Below the pieces are notes generated by a model. It worked only from the letters and a program-made list of their open reading frames with translations. It had not been told where the DNA came from and made no database searches. From an uncultured delta proteobacterium (GTDB lineage: Bacteria; Desulfobacterota; Binatia; UBA9968): DNA of 64,000 nt. The stretch is taken from assembly GCA_963745835.1 (NCBI GenBank), contig CAVUZH010000002.1, forward strand, positions 1 to 64,000, written 5' to 3'. Numbering within the stretch: the stretch's first letter is position 1; the number at the start of each line of letters is the position of its first letter. This document shows, one piece after another, positions 10,160 to 19,999 of this stretch. Made by a program: the position numbers and the translations under genes.

Positions 10160-10349
10160 TGCCTCCTGCGAAGCGTTCTCCGTCTAATGAGTGTTGGATT
10201 CTCTCCTGGAAGAGCACTAGAATCGGCCCGTCTTTTTCCAGCTTCTTCAGATTCTATCGTCTACTAGATCTTCGGCTCTGAGCGGACGGATTTTCTCGTT
10301 GACCATTCCCAAAAAGACGACGGCGGCGACTTTTCGAATCACCTTTTTC

Positions 10350-10979
10350 TTAAGGCTTCTCCGCCGCCATAAGGCTCAAGTCTGCGGCGGGGCAGATTTC
10401 TCTTGCGTTGATGAAACCAACTTTCTTGAAAGTCGACAGGTGCTCTTCGACCGTCATGAAATGGGCGGCTCGATGACCGGAGGGCAAGGAAGAATTGACG
10501 TGATCGCAAATCAAAATGGTTCCTCCGGGAACAAGCAGGCTGTAGAGCTGAGCATAAAGCTTCGGGATGCGGCTCGCGTGGCGAAGCTCGTGCACGGCCT
10601 GGAGCGAGACGATGAGATCGAAGCCGGCGTCAATCCCCGCCGCCCAATTGGCTTTTTTGAAATCCGCCTGAATGAAAACCGTCCGGTCTTGAAACTTTGC
10701 TAGGCGACTGCGGCTGAGGTCCAGCATCTGAGGCGAGAAGTCGACCAGGGTGTAGCGCGCGATTTCGCAATTCTTCAGCAATGCTTCGGCGAGAAATCCG
10801 GGTCCGCATCCGAGCTCAAAGACCGATAATGCGCCTTTCTTGATCCGCGCGGCTTCGGCGGCAAATACCTCGAACAATCGATTCCGCTCCGGCCGATATC
10901 TGCTAATGCTTTCGGTCCAGTGCTTGACGTAGGCCGGATCGAAGAAATCGTGATCGCTCGGCACTTCTTTCACGCTCAT
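10350..10979 (-). CDS. Class I SAM-dependent methyltransferase
   Basis: VFELGCGPG motif I, VDFSPQML, FDLIVSLQAVH, LVPGG. Confidence 0.85.
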   Translation of the reverse strand: MSVKEVPSDHDFFDPAYVKHWTESISRYRPERNRLFEVFAAEAARIKKGALSVFELGCGPGFLAEALLKNCEIARYTLVDFSPQMLDLSRSRLAKFQDRTVFIQADFKKANWAAGIDAGFDLIVSLQAVHELRHASRIPKLYAQLYSLLVPGGTILICDHVNSSLPSGHRAAHFMTVEEHLSTFKKVGFINAREICPAADLSLMAAEKP

Positions 10980-11329
10980 GAACGTCACCTTATTTCTCGT
11001 CCGCGCCGGATGCAACGAATTTGCCGGTCGGGTCACAACACTTCGCGATATCGAGACTCGCAGCTAGGGTTCCGAGGTTTAGGCGGGCATGGATGGACTG
11101 GAAAAGTGTCGGGCCCGGAGCGTTAGCTTAGATTAGTTATGGTTTTGGCGAGACCGAGGCGAGCGGCGATCACACGCTTCGCCGTAAAAAGTTCGCAACC
11201 CGCCTCTGCGCGCGAACTTCTCCAGGCTCAGCCGTGACGCGCAATGTCGAAGTAGAGATTACAGCCTGAATGCTGAACGAACGGCGATTCAGCGGCGCGC
11301 TGTGCTCACCTTCACGGATATTCGAGGGA

Positions 11330-12379
11330 CTATTTGTAGCCGATCTGCTTTAACAGCTTCTCCCAGTGGTCGACGTCCTTTTCGTACTTCTCCGCGGTGA
11401 GCCCGTGCTCCGGCCGCCAGCGTTTAAACGGCTGCTCTTTCGTTGCGCTGCCATAGTGAAACTTTTCCAGGACCTTTTGGCCGTCCGGACTTAGGAGAAA
11501 ATCAGCCATGAGAACTGCACCATGGGGATTGGGGGGCCTGAGCGCGATGGCCGCGCTGCCGACGTTGTTGGGCACTAGATCCATCGGCAGCCATTCGACC
11601 GGCGCGCCTTTCGACGCCGCGAGCCATGTATGGCTCTGAAATATCGCCGGCGAGGCAACGACTTCGCCGGAGGCAATCACATTGACTAACGCCGGCGCAT
11701 CGAGACTATAAAGCTTGATCTGCTGCTCTTTCAGTTTTCTGACGAACTCTTCCCCTTTGACCTTGATCATCGCGCCGATGGCCCTGTTGCCCGACGCTCC
11801 TCCCAACGGCATCCCCATCTTGCCCTTGAGATCCGGGTGGAGCAGACCATCGAAATTCTTGGGCACGGCCGCGGCCGGCAGGAGATTTTTGTTGTAGGTA
11901 AAGCCGATGTACGACTCACGGGCGAGAGCCCAATAGTAGAGCCCTTTTTCCGCCGTCTCCTTGGCGTCGTCGGGATAAGCTTTGAGCATCGGCGAATTGT
12001 AGGGCTGGAGCAGCCGAGAGTCGCGCATGAACATGAGATTGCCCTCGGTGGTTTCGATCGTGTCCACAAGATTTCGCCCGGCTTTGTACTCTTCGGTTAT
12101 CCGGACATACAAATCGGCTCCGCCGGCGCGGTAGACATCGACTCTGACCCCGGGGTATTTCGCCTCGAAGGCTCCGATGATCGCTTTGTAAGAGCCGCCC
12201 GCCAGCGAGGTGTACCACATCAACTTTCCTTCGGCCTTGGCGCCCGCATAAAGTATCTGTTCGCGGTCTGCGCCCATATAGCTCACCAGCTCGTTCAGGC
12301 TTGCCGGCTTGCGCGTCTGCACCCAGGCCGGAGACGGGGAAACGAAAAGGGCGAAAAGGATCAGTGCGACAACTCTCAT
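11330..12379 (-). CDS. Extracellular solute-binding protein (AfuA/Fe3+-type ABC SBP family)
   Basis: Signal peptide; GAKAEGKLMWYTS, FEAKYPGV, PNPHGAVLMADFLLSPDGQ. Confidence 0.85.
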   Translation of the reverse strand: MRVVALILFALFVSPSPAWVQTRKPASLNELVSYMGADREQILYAGAKAEGKLMWYTSLAGGSYKAIIGAFEAKYPGVRVDVYRAGGADLYVRITEEYKAGRNLVDTIETTEGNLMFMRDSRLLQPYNSPMLKAYPDDAKETAEKGLYYWALARESYIGFTYNKNLLPAAAVPKNFDGLLHPDLKGKMGMPLGGASGNRAIGAMIKVKGEEFVRKLKEQQIKLYSLDAPALVNVIASGEVVASPAIFQSHTWLAASKGAPVEWLPMDLVPNNVGSAAIALRPPNPHGAVLMADFLLSPDGQKVLEKFHYGSATKEQPFKRWRPEHGLTAEKYEKDVDHWEKLLKQIGYK

Positions 12380-12678
12380 TTCAAAGCCCTCCCGGATTTG
12401 TGTGTCTTTGCGGTGGCTGCTCTATATCGCCCTCGGAGGTTTCAGTCAACGCGCGGTACGGCCCGCGATCAGCTGGATGTTTTGGGATATGACGTCTCGG
12501 CCAGTATCTTTCACTAAGAGGTGAATGTGGTTGCACGTCACCCATAGTTGAGCACCGACAAACCGAAGCGCTTCTTCGCTTCGAAAACCCAGCGGCAGAT
12601 AGGACTGCCGATCGCAGCTTCCGAGTTAGCTGAAGGTCAGATCCCTATCTTCATCAAACGTCTTGAACGGAGCGCAGC

Positions 12679-12782
12679 GATTGAACGATTGGAACATTTG
12701 GAACGATTGGAACTGCCTTCTCTGCATTGGTGAGTGATGTGCCAGATATACCAGGGAGAAAGTGACAGTTGGCGCGCGGCAT
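12679..12782 (-). mobile_element. Truncated RAYT 5' end fused to 9-bp tandem repeats (non-autonomous remnant)
   Basis: Minus strand reads MPRANCHFLPG / YIWHITHQC (Y1 transposase N-terminus, frameshifted), followed by (TTGGAACGA)-type repeats at 12679-12713. Confidence 0.6.
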
Positions 12783-12911
12783 AGTTTGCCTTTAGAGCAT
12801 CGGTTTTGACCGAAAAAACATGCGGCTAAAGCCTTTAACGATGCCGTCTATGCTTTGTTACGTTGCGACATCAAGAAAGTTGCCGTGGTCCGACCTGGAG
12901 CCAGGGAGACC

Positions 12912-13163
12912 TCAAGAAGGCGATCAAAGCCGCGAAGCGAAACAAACCCTGAAACACCCCGAAGAAAACCCGCCAAGCTCTCGGCGAGCAAGCCGCAAAA
13001 GTCAGACAATCACGAAAGTAGCATCAGCATTTACACACAGAGCCGCCGAGTTTACAGAGTTCACAGTAAACATCTTGTGGTCGGCTGATTTTCCCGACTC
13101 TCGCAGTCGAGGTCAAAAGTGGTGAGGTTAATAAGTCAATAACTAACGCCTGGCCGTATAATT
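12912..13163 (+). pseudogene. Decayed duplicate of 6648-6900 (3' part of the basic-protein gene plus downstream non-coding DNA and TIR-like motif)
   Basis: Long shared blocks such as AAAGTCAGACAATCACGAAAGTAGCATCAGCATTT and AGTGGTGAGGTTAATAAGTCAATAACT; start lost, indels present. Confidence 0.85.
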
Positions 13164-13245
13164 GCCTATGCGGTTCCATTGACAACTTTAGTGACCATCG
13201 ATACATTGTCGAAAATTTTTGTATCGGCGAAAGGTCCGCTCATCG

Positions 13246-14211
13246 ATGACACGATTTATTTTTTCTCTCGTATTTTTCTGGGCAATCTTTCCCACCGATA
13301 TTTATGCGCAGAAAGTGAGAACCTCTTACCCAGGAACAGCCGGAGTAAATGTGCCCTTCTGGCTGACCCACGAGGCCGGTCTTTTTAAAAAATACGGACT
13401 CGATCATGAAGCGCTGTTAATCTCAGGGTCCGTAACCACGATGCAGGCCCTGCTCGCGCGCGAAATCCAATTCGTCAACTCGTCGGGCGCGCCGGCTATC
13501 AACGCACGGCTGCAGGGCGCCGATATCACCATCGTAGCTTCCTACTACGATTTTATGCCCTACGGACTCGTCGTGAGTAAAGACATCAAGACGATGGAAG
13601 ATCTGAAAGGCAAGCGAATGGCTGTCGCCAGCTTGGGAGGGATCAACGAAGCAGCGATTCGTTTTGCTTTCGAACGCCAGCGCATGAATAGCAAGGACGT
13701 CACATTTATCCAGGCAGGCGGAGATCCGTCGAGAATCGCCGCAGTGGTTTCGGGAGCGGCGGCGGGAACCGTGCTTGCACCACCCGGTTTGTTTGTTGCC
13801 ACGAAACAGGGACTACACATGTTGGCGGATCTTGGCGAGCTCGGTTCTAAATACCCGACCTCGGTGATTGCCACGCGAAGATCGTCTTTGAACCAAGATC
13901 GCCCCACCATAAAAAGATATTTGATGGCTTTGATTGAAGGGCTGCACGTTTACAAACGCGACCGCAAGCTGGCCATCGATGTTTTGCAGAAATACGCAAA
14001 GCTACGCGACCAAGATCTCGTGGCCAGAAGTCACGACTACCTAGCTAAATATACCTCTTTGGTTCCGATGGCGGATCCATCTGTCTTGAAAATTGCCATA
14101 CCGCCAGGAAAGGGAACAGATGCATCCCTTCCCGATTTATACGACAATTCCGTTCTGCAAGAACTGGTCAAAGAAGGATTTGTCGAAAAAGTTTCCAAAG
14201 CAACGCAGTAA
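13246..14211 (+). CDS. ABC-type substrate-binding protein, NMT1/SsuA-like
   Basis: Signal peptide ...IYAQ; EAGLFKKYGLD, EDLKGKRMAV, C-terminal YDNSVLQELVKEGF. Confidence 0.85.
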   Translation: MTRFIFSLVFFWAIFPTDIYAQKVRTSYPGTAGVNVPFWLTHEAGLFKKYGLDHEALLISGSVTTMQALLAREIQFVNSSGAPAINARLQGADITIVASYYDFMPYGLVVSKDIKTMEDLKGKRMAVASLGGINEAAIRFAFERQRMNSKDVTFIQAGGDPSRIAAVVSGAAAGTVLAPPGLFVATKQGLHMLADLGELGSKYPTSVIATRRSSLNQDRPTIKRYLMALIEGLHVYKRDRKLAIDVLQKYAKLRDQDLVARSHDYLAKYTSLVPMADPSVLKIAIPPGKGTDASLPDLYDNSVLQELVKEGFVEKVSKATQ

Positions 14212-14215
14212 GTGC

Positions 14216-15904
14216 TTACGGCCGTCTAAACGGCACGATCAAGTAAGCCGGCAGCGAAGTGCCCCCCGACTCGCCTGGACTGACGACATTAACCCACTTA
14301 AGACCACCGCTTCGAAGTTCCTTCGGAGGAATGATCGCTTTTAGCTCAGTCGAGTTCACGAAGCGCGTATTCAAAAGTTTCCCAGCGAGAGTAACTTTGT
14401 GCCACGGTGCGACTCTTCCGGTAAGCGGTTTAACGGTGATTGTCGCCGACTTCGAATTTTGCGGTATCGAGCGCGGTGTCACTTCGATCTCCCGCGGTAT
14501 AAGACGCCATGGATCGGGACTCGGAATCGGATTGCTATGATTCGCGTGGAAGCTGATATCCATCACTTTCCCGCTCAATAGAACCATCTTTACATTCTGT
14601 GTTGCCCAAATATCCTTGAGTGGGTCGCCGTCGATAATCACAAGGTCCGCTATCTTACCCGCCTCGACCGTGCCGAATTCCTTGTCCTTTCCGAAGAGCT
14701 TTGCCACATTGATAGTTGCTGACTGAATAGCCTCCATTGGTGTTAGCCCGGCCTCGACTAACATCGACATTTCTTCGTGCACGAGCATGCCGGGCATGCC
14801 ATGGCTGGGATCTGATCCGGCTCGAATTACTCCGCCGGCTTTGACGTAGCGTCGAATGAAGTCGGCAATTTTCTCATAACCCTTTCTAATCCGGTCCAAC
14901 CTGTCCGCGGGAAATTTCTTGAATCTTTCGTATTGCCCCAGGGTCACGGCACGAACGACCGATGGAAGATACGTCGCTTTGTTAACGATCGATAGCTCTC
15001 TTCGCCGAAAACGCTCGGCACGCGGCGACAGCGGTCGAAACCACGTAGCGACGGTAGGACTCCATGAAACGTTGTGTTCGATCAGCTTGTCGACAATACG
15101 ATCAAAATTCTCAGGCTGATAGTAATAGGGCATCTCCTCGGTTTCGATGCGTGAGCCGTATCGATCATTCACCAGTTTCGTTCGCTCGGTGACATCCGCG
15201 ATGGAAGTAAATCCAACGGACCAAAAATGCTCCACGCCACTCATCCCTGCTTCTGCCGAGGCGCACACGTCATAGGTATGGCCGGTTGCATTCATACCCA
15301 GTTTGCGACCTTCCTCGCACGCCGCCTTCACCGCATCCAGCGGCAGATAGTCCATAATCTTAAGCTGATCGAGTCCCAGTCGTTTTTTCTCTCTTACAAC
15401 TTCACGCGCCTGTTCGGGAGTTTGGACCCATGCCAAAGTACCGCGGTGATTGCGGCCTCCCCCTGTCGCAGTCATATCGGGCCCGGCACCGATCGCTCTT
15501 CCCGCCGACCAAACTCGTGGTCCACGGATAATTCCCATGTTCGTTGCGTCTCGTTGCGCCATGCTCCAGTACTCGTCTCGCATGGCTTGAATGTCGGGGC
15601 ACGTAGTTATGCCAAGATGGAGATAAATCTCGCCGATAAAGTCTTCCAGGTGGCCGTGGCCGTCGATAAAGCCAGGCAGCACAGTCTTCCCTTTGACACT
15701 GATCACCTCGGCTTTCTCGGGAATCGCGAGTTCTCCCTTCCGGCCAACTGCCTTTATTCTTTCTCCATCTACGACAATCAATGCGTCCTGGGTAGGTGAA
15801 TTCCCGGTGGCATCGATAAGCGTTCCTCCGGAAATAACTATCGGTCGTCCCGAATTCTGTTTTGCCGCCGCCGCCCCCATCTTAATGGTCCGGTGCATTT
15901 TCAT
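14216..15904 (-). CDS. Amidohydrolase family protein with C-terminal IPT/TIG-like domain
   Basis: TVLPGFIDGHGH, AGSD, LTPMEAIQSATIN, GTVEAGKIADLVIIDGDP; C-terminal TRFVNSTELKAIIP...VVSPGESGGTS. Confidence 0.85.
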   Translation of the reverse strand: MKMHRTIKMGAAAAKQNSGRPIVISGGTLIDATGNSPTQDALIVVDGERIKAVGRKGELAIPEKAEVISVKGKTVLPGFIDGHGHLEDFIGEIYLHLGITTCPDIQAMRDEYWSMAQRDATNMGIIRGPRVWSAGRAIGAGPDMTATGGGRNHRGTLAWVQTPEQAREVVREKKRLGLDQLKIMDYLPLDAVKAACEEGRKLGMNATGHTYDVCASAEAGMSGVEHFWSVGFTSIADVTERTKLVNDRYGSRIETEEMPYYYQPENFDRIVDKLIEHNVSWSPTVATWFRPLSPRAERFRRRELSIVNKATYLPSVVRAVTLGQYERFKKFPADRLDRIRKGYEKIADFIRRYVKAGGVIRAGSDPSHGMPGMLVHEEMSMLVEAGLTPMEAIQSATINVAKLFGKDKEFGTVEAGKIADLVIIDGDPLKDIWATQNVKMVLLSGKVMDISFHANHSNPIPSPDPWRLIPREIEVTPRSIPQNSKSATITVKPLTGRVAPWHKVTLAGKLLNTRFVNSTELKAIIPPKELRSGGLKWVNVVSPGESGGTSLPAYLIVPFRRP

Positions 15905-16260
15905 AGCTACGAGTTTCTCCCTAGAACGAATAATCTGAATTGGATATCACAGCTGCGCCGTGTCTTTCCAATGTTCGCAAGACAATATCGGTGGGCTGGG
16001 ACGACTGAGGAGGATGCTTCAAACTAGAATCGCAAGTTGCGCGAACCGATTCAGCTTCCCGATGAGCTACCGAATTCGGCGCTTGCTTGAAGCGAAGTAG
16101 GCGCAAAAAGCTTGATCAACCTAATGGCACCGATCAAATGACGCGCGAATTCCGTTTACAGCGTTGGCACCTAGGCAGAAACGAAGAGTAGAAATTCGAA
16201 CCCACTTCCGCTCGCAAGATCAAGCGGTCAAAGATGTTCTGACATAAGTCGAGAGGCCGA

Positions 16261-17397
16261 TCAGCTCAAGAATCCGTAGAGTCGGCCGGCATTTTCGCAG
16301 ACGACTTTGCGGCGAACCCGCTCGTCGAGGCTGCCCAAATTCTTGCGGATGATTTGTTTGGAATCCGGCCAGACACTGTCAGGGTGAGGATAGTCCGATC
16401 CCCAGATCACGTTATCTTCGCCGGTCAGCGGGATCGAAAATCCCGCGATCTCCTCTTTCTGATACGTCGTGTACCCCTGACGGCGCCAGAATTCGCTCGG
16501 CTTAAGGCTTAAACCGAGTTGATGATAGCGATCCTGATAGACATGATCCATGCGATCGAGCACATACGGAATCCAACTGATGCCGCATTCGCCCAAAACA
16601 AAGCGAAATTCGGGAAAGCGATTGCAGGCTCCAGAAAAGATAATGCTCGATAGAAATTCGGCGCCGTCGAGTTGAAACATTGTCGCTCGCACTGCTCGAA
16701 ACGGAAGATCGTACTCTTTCGCTTCGCCGGGATCGGGCGTTCGCGGCGTGAATCCCAACGAATGGAAAGATATCGGCATACCGCATTCGGCGGCGGTCGC
16801 CCATAGGACATCCCAATCTCGGTGATAGATCGGCTTCCGCGCAGTCGCTACCGCCACATCCGCACCTCTGAGTCCCAACTTGGCGGCCCGTCGCAGTTCG
16901 GAAGCCGCGCTCTGCGGATCATGATTCGGCAAGCAAGCGAGAGCGGCGAAGCGCGTTGGATTGCCCTTGCAGAAGTCGGCCACCCAGTCGTTGTAAATAC
17001 GGTAGATCGCGGTCACGAGTTCGGGATCTTCCAAACGTATGCCGATGCCGAGAATGCCGTACAACACTTCCGCTTGAACGCCATCGATTTCCTGGTCGCC
17101 GATCCGCAACTCGGCATTGGTAGGATGAAAAAGACCTTTGGCGGCGTCTTCGTAAAAGTTTGTGGTGAGAATTCGGTCGACCCGCTTACTATTGACGTCT
17201 TGGACCTTCTGCGCGCGAAAACCGATGCCGGCAACGGCGCCCAGATCCTGTCCGTCAGCGCTCCAACGCTTTTCATCGCCACCGACGACATGCGGAACCC
17301 GGTCCTTTAAATTTCGCGGAGCATTGCCGGCGAAAAGATCGTGCGGCAGCCAACTGAGGTCAATGTGAGAATCTCCGGAAATCAATTCGTAGTTCAC
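16261..17397 (-). CDS. Amidohydrolase_2 family protein
   Basis: ISGDSHI, AIYRIYNDW, MPISFH, GECGISWIP, WGSDYPHPDSVWP. Confidence 0.9.
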   Translation of the reverse strand: MNYELISGDSHIDLSWLPHDLFAGNAPRNLKDRVPHVVGGDEKRWSADGQDLGAVAGIGFRAQKVQDVNSKRVDRILTTNFYEDAAKGLFHPTNAELRIGDQEIDGVQAEVLYGILGIGIRLEDPELVTAIYRIYNDWVADFCKGNPTRFAALACLPNHDPQSAASELRRAAKLGLRGADVAVATARKPIYHRDWDVLWATAAECGMPISFHSLGFTPRTPDPGEAKEYDLPFRAVRATMFQLDGAEFLSSIIFSGACNRFPEFRFVLGECGISWIPYVLDRMDHVYQDRYHQLGLSLKPSEFWRRQGYTTYQKEEIAGFSIPLTGEDNVIWGSDYPHPDSVWPDSKQIIRKNLGSLDERVRRKVVCENAGRLYGFLS

Positions 17398-17543
17398 GAT
17401 GGATTCCTTTCGTGCCTTTTCGGTGCTGGAAAAGGTCAACTAAACCGTCAAGCGGAGCATGTCGAAGATTATCTCGAAGTTGACAGCTGTATTAGGCCAG
17501 CTATAACCGAAAGGCAAAATTGCTTCAATCCAGGGAGTATCTG

Positions 17544-18605
17544 ATGCAAGGAATCACTGTTCATTTGTCGCAAAGGATTTTGGCGGCTCTCGTCCTCTGG
17601 ACTTTCTACCTTTGCAGTCCTGATTATCTGCCGGCCCAGGCGGCAAAGTTTTATGAGGGCAAAACCGTGCGAATTATCGTGGGTTCGAGCCCCGGAGGAT
17701 CCTTTGATATCTGGGCGCGAATCTTGGCGGAGCACCTGGGCAAATACATCCACGGAACACCCACCGTAATCGTCCAGAATATGGGCGGCGCAGGGTCTCT
17801 GATCGCAGCCAATTATGTTTACAACGTTGCAGCCCAGGACGGGACCAGCTTGCTGGTCCCGCTCAGTATTTACCTGAATCAGCTCACCGAGGAAAAGGAA
17901 GTTAAATTCGATGTGCGCAGATTCAACTGGATCGGCTCGCAAGCCAAAGAACAAAATGTCCTCTACATGCGCGCGGATTCTCCGTACAAAACAGTGGCTC
18001 AAGTGATCAAGAGTGACGATCCTCCTAAATGCGGCGCAACCGGTATCGGCAGTTCTGGCTATATCATTCCGAAGATGGTCAACGAAGTTCTAGGTGCAAA
18101 GATCGCGGTAGTATCCGGTTATCAGGGCGGCAAGGAAGTGGACCTGGCCGTGGAAAGAGGAGAGATTCATTGTCGTGGGATTACGATTTCTTCTCATTTC
18201 GGTCGAGAACCCTTCGATACGTGGCATCAAAAAGGATTCGATTTACACCTCCTCCAAACGAGTGACAAACGCGATCCGAGACTCGCGGACACACCGACGA
18301 TCTATGAACTCATGGATCAGCTCAAAATGCCCGACGTAAAACGGCGCGCGGTCCGTGTGCTCGTAGCCGGCGGTAATTTTTATCACCCCGTTGCCACCGG
18401 TCCGAGCGTTCCCGCCGATCGTATAAAAGTTCTTCGCGATGCCTTCAACAGTGCGCTCAAAGACCCGGAGCTCCTGGCTAAAGCGGAGAAAGCAAGGCTT
18501 GAAACCAATTGGTCAACCGGAGAGCAAGTACAAGGGATGGTCAAAGAGTTAATCGATCAGCCCAAGCCAGTATTTGATATTGTGAAAAAAGTCCTCGAGA
18601 AGTGA
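17544..18605 (+). CDS. Bug/TctC tripartite tricarboxylate transporter substrate-binding protein
   Basis: FYEGKTVRIIVGSSPGGSFD, VQNMGGAGS, GYQGGKEVDLAVERGE. Confidence 0.9.
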   Translation: MQGITVHLSQRILAALVLWTFYLCSPDYLPAQAAKFYEGKTVRIIVGSSPGGSFDIWARILAEHLGKYIHGTPTVIVQNMGGAGSLIAANYVYNVAAQDGTSLLVPLSIYLNQLTEEKEVKFDVRRFNWIGSQAKEQNVLYMRADSPYKTVAQVIKSDDPPKCGATGIGSSGYIIPKMVNEVLGAKIAVVSGYQGGKEVDLAVERGEIHCRGITISSHFGREPFDTWHQKGFDLHLLQTSDKRDPRLADTPTIYELMDQLKMPDVKRRAVRVLVAGGNFYHPVATGPSVPADRIKVLRDAFNSALKDPELLAKAEKARLETNWSTGEQVQGMVKELIDQPKPVFDIVKKVLEK

Positions 18606-18647
18606 TGCGTAGCTTAGGTCACGATGCCTCACAATAGAAGGCGCATC

Positions 18648-19541
18648 TCAGTACAGCCGCAACGCACCGCGATCAGGGGATGTCACCCCGCCAGGGTCAG
18701 GTCTTGCCGTGCCACATTGCTCAATCTGTTTGCTTATCTGTTTGAGTCTGCGGCTCACGGTGCCATAGTGAACGCCTAAGTGCTTGGCGATCTCATGAAG
18801 CCGGTAGCCTTGACCGTATGCCTCGGCGATTGCTCTGTCTCCGCTTTTTGCAAATATCCGATCCAGCGGCGGCTTGGCCGCTCTTAACTGTACCCGTGGA
18901 ATTTCTTTTAAATCCTTCGGAGCTGCGTGCTTCTCGATAAAACCGTCGCTACCTAAATAGATCTGCCCTTTTAGCTCTTCCCAGGGCCGGCTTTCCACCC
19001 CGTCCCGGACAAATTCCCGGTACTGCTTCTGCGCTTGTGCCCGTCTCTTGCCGAATTGCGCGAGTATCCAGTCGGTGCTCAGAAACTCCGGCACTGCAGC
19101 CAGTCCAGCCGTCGCCCGGTAACTGCTCCATTTCCAACTTTGAGCACTAGCCCCACGTTTCGAGCGTAAAGGATTAAGAACGATGTAACGGCAGAGCTCC
19201 AGGAGGTAAGATTCCCTTTCCACGAGAATCGCTTTGAAGCGGCCTTGAAACAGGTGCCCAACCCTGTTGTGACGACGGTTAAAACTTTGAGTGTAGATTC
19301 CATTGAGCTGGCGCATGCCGATGGAGAGGTTTGCCTTCGGTGTCTCAATCAACAGATGATAATGATTCGCCATCAAACAGTAGCCGTGGCAGATCCAACC
19401 GTATCGTCTGATAACCCCGGCTAAAGTAGCCAGAAATAGCTCTCGGTCGGCATCACTAAAAAAGACTTTCTGGCGTGCGTTGCCGCGGCTGGTCAAGTGA
19501 TAGATGGCACCAGCAAATTCAAGTCGGAGCGGTCTCGCCAT
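18648..19541 (-). CDS. REP-associated tyrosine transposase (RAYT, HUH Y1_Tnp) with C-terminal HTH
   Basis: MARPLRLEFAGAIYHLTSRGN, YCLMANHYHLL (HUH), GHLFQGRFK, YIVLNP, WKWSSYRA, IAKHLGVHYGTVSRRLK. Confidence 0.95.
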   Translation of the reverse strand: MARPLRLEFAGAIYHLTSRGNARQKVFFSDADRELFLATLAGVIRRYGWICHGYCLMANHYHLLIETPKANLSIGMRQLNGIYTQSFNRRHNRVGHLFQGRFKAILVERESYLLELCRYIVLNPLRSKRGASAQSWKWSSYRATAGLAAVPEFLSTDWILAQFGKRRAQAQKQYREFVRDGVESRPWEELKGQIYLGSDGFIEKHAAPKDLKEIPRVQLRAAKPPLDRIFAKSGDRAIAEAYGQGYRLHEIAKHLGVHYGTVSRRLKQISKQIEQCGTARPDPGGVTSPDRGALRLY

Positions 19542-19591
19542 AGCGGAATTCCTTTTAGCAGGGTTGATGTGGCATCACAAGACCTGACCCC
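18694..19591. mobile_element. TIR-bounded RAYT element (~0.9 kb)
   Basis: Left end GGGTCAGGTCTTG-CCG-TGCCACAT (18694-18717) and right end ATGTGGCA-TCA-CAAGACCTGACCCC (19567-19591) are inverted repeats differing only in the 3-nt core. Confidence 0.85.
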
Positions 19592-19853
19592 AGAGTTCCC
19601 CCTGTTGTGGTCATCAAGCTTGAGAATAGCACCCCGCTTGCGACTCAGGGCTTCCTTGAGTTGAACTTCAGTCCCTTCGCGCGTTACCAACGGCACGCGA
19701 TTATGTAATTTGACCATGGCGTTGTAAGAGGCTTCGAGGAATGCGGGTTATACTGTCGGGCATCGGGCGTACTTACCCATTACTTTTTTGATTTCTTCTT
19801 TACGCGTTTTCAGAAAATGCGTGGTCCGATCAGCGCCATGGGCTCTAGGCAAA

Positions 19854-19876
19854 GGGTCAGTCTTTCGTATTGCATA
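19854..19876. repeat. Degenerate TIR-like motif (left-end orientation)
   Basis: GGGTCAGTCTTTCGTATTGCATA. Confidence 0.4.
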
Positions 19877-19999
19877 ATTGGTCTAGGAAACGGGATCAAC
19901 TCTTTACTTTTGATATCTCCGCGAGGGGAAACCAGGGCTCGACGTTCGTTTCCTTCGTTCCGCATAGGCAGTCAGACAAAAGATCCTTGTTCTTTTGCT

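Noticed and set aside
11061-11200. GCTAGGGTTCCG...GACTGG...ACACG...AAAAG resembling a ykkC/guanidine-I riboswitch
   Set aside because: The 3' conserved block (GGG..AAAAGCCCG) is missing, and it lies on the + strand between two minus-strand genes with no gene to regulate.
12661-12713. Short repeat arrays as a possible CRISPR
   Set aside because: Units are 7-9 bp with no unique spacers, and no cas genes are present.
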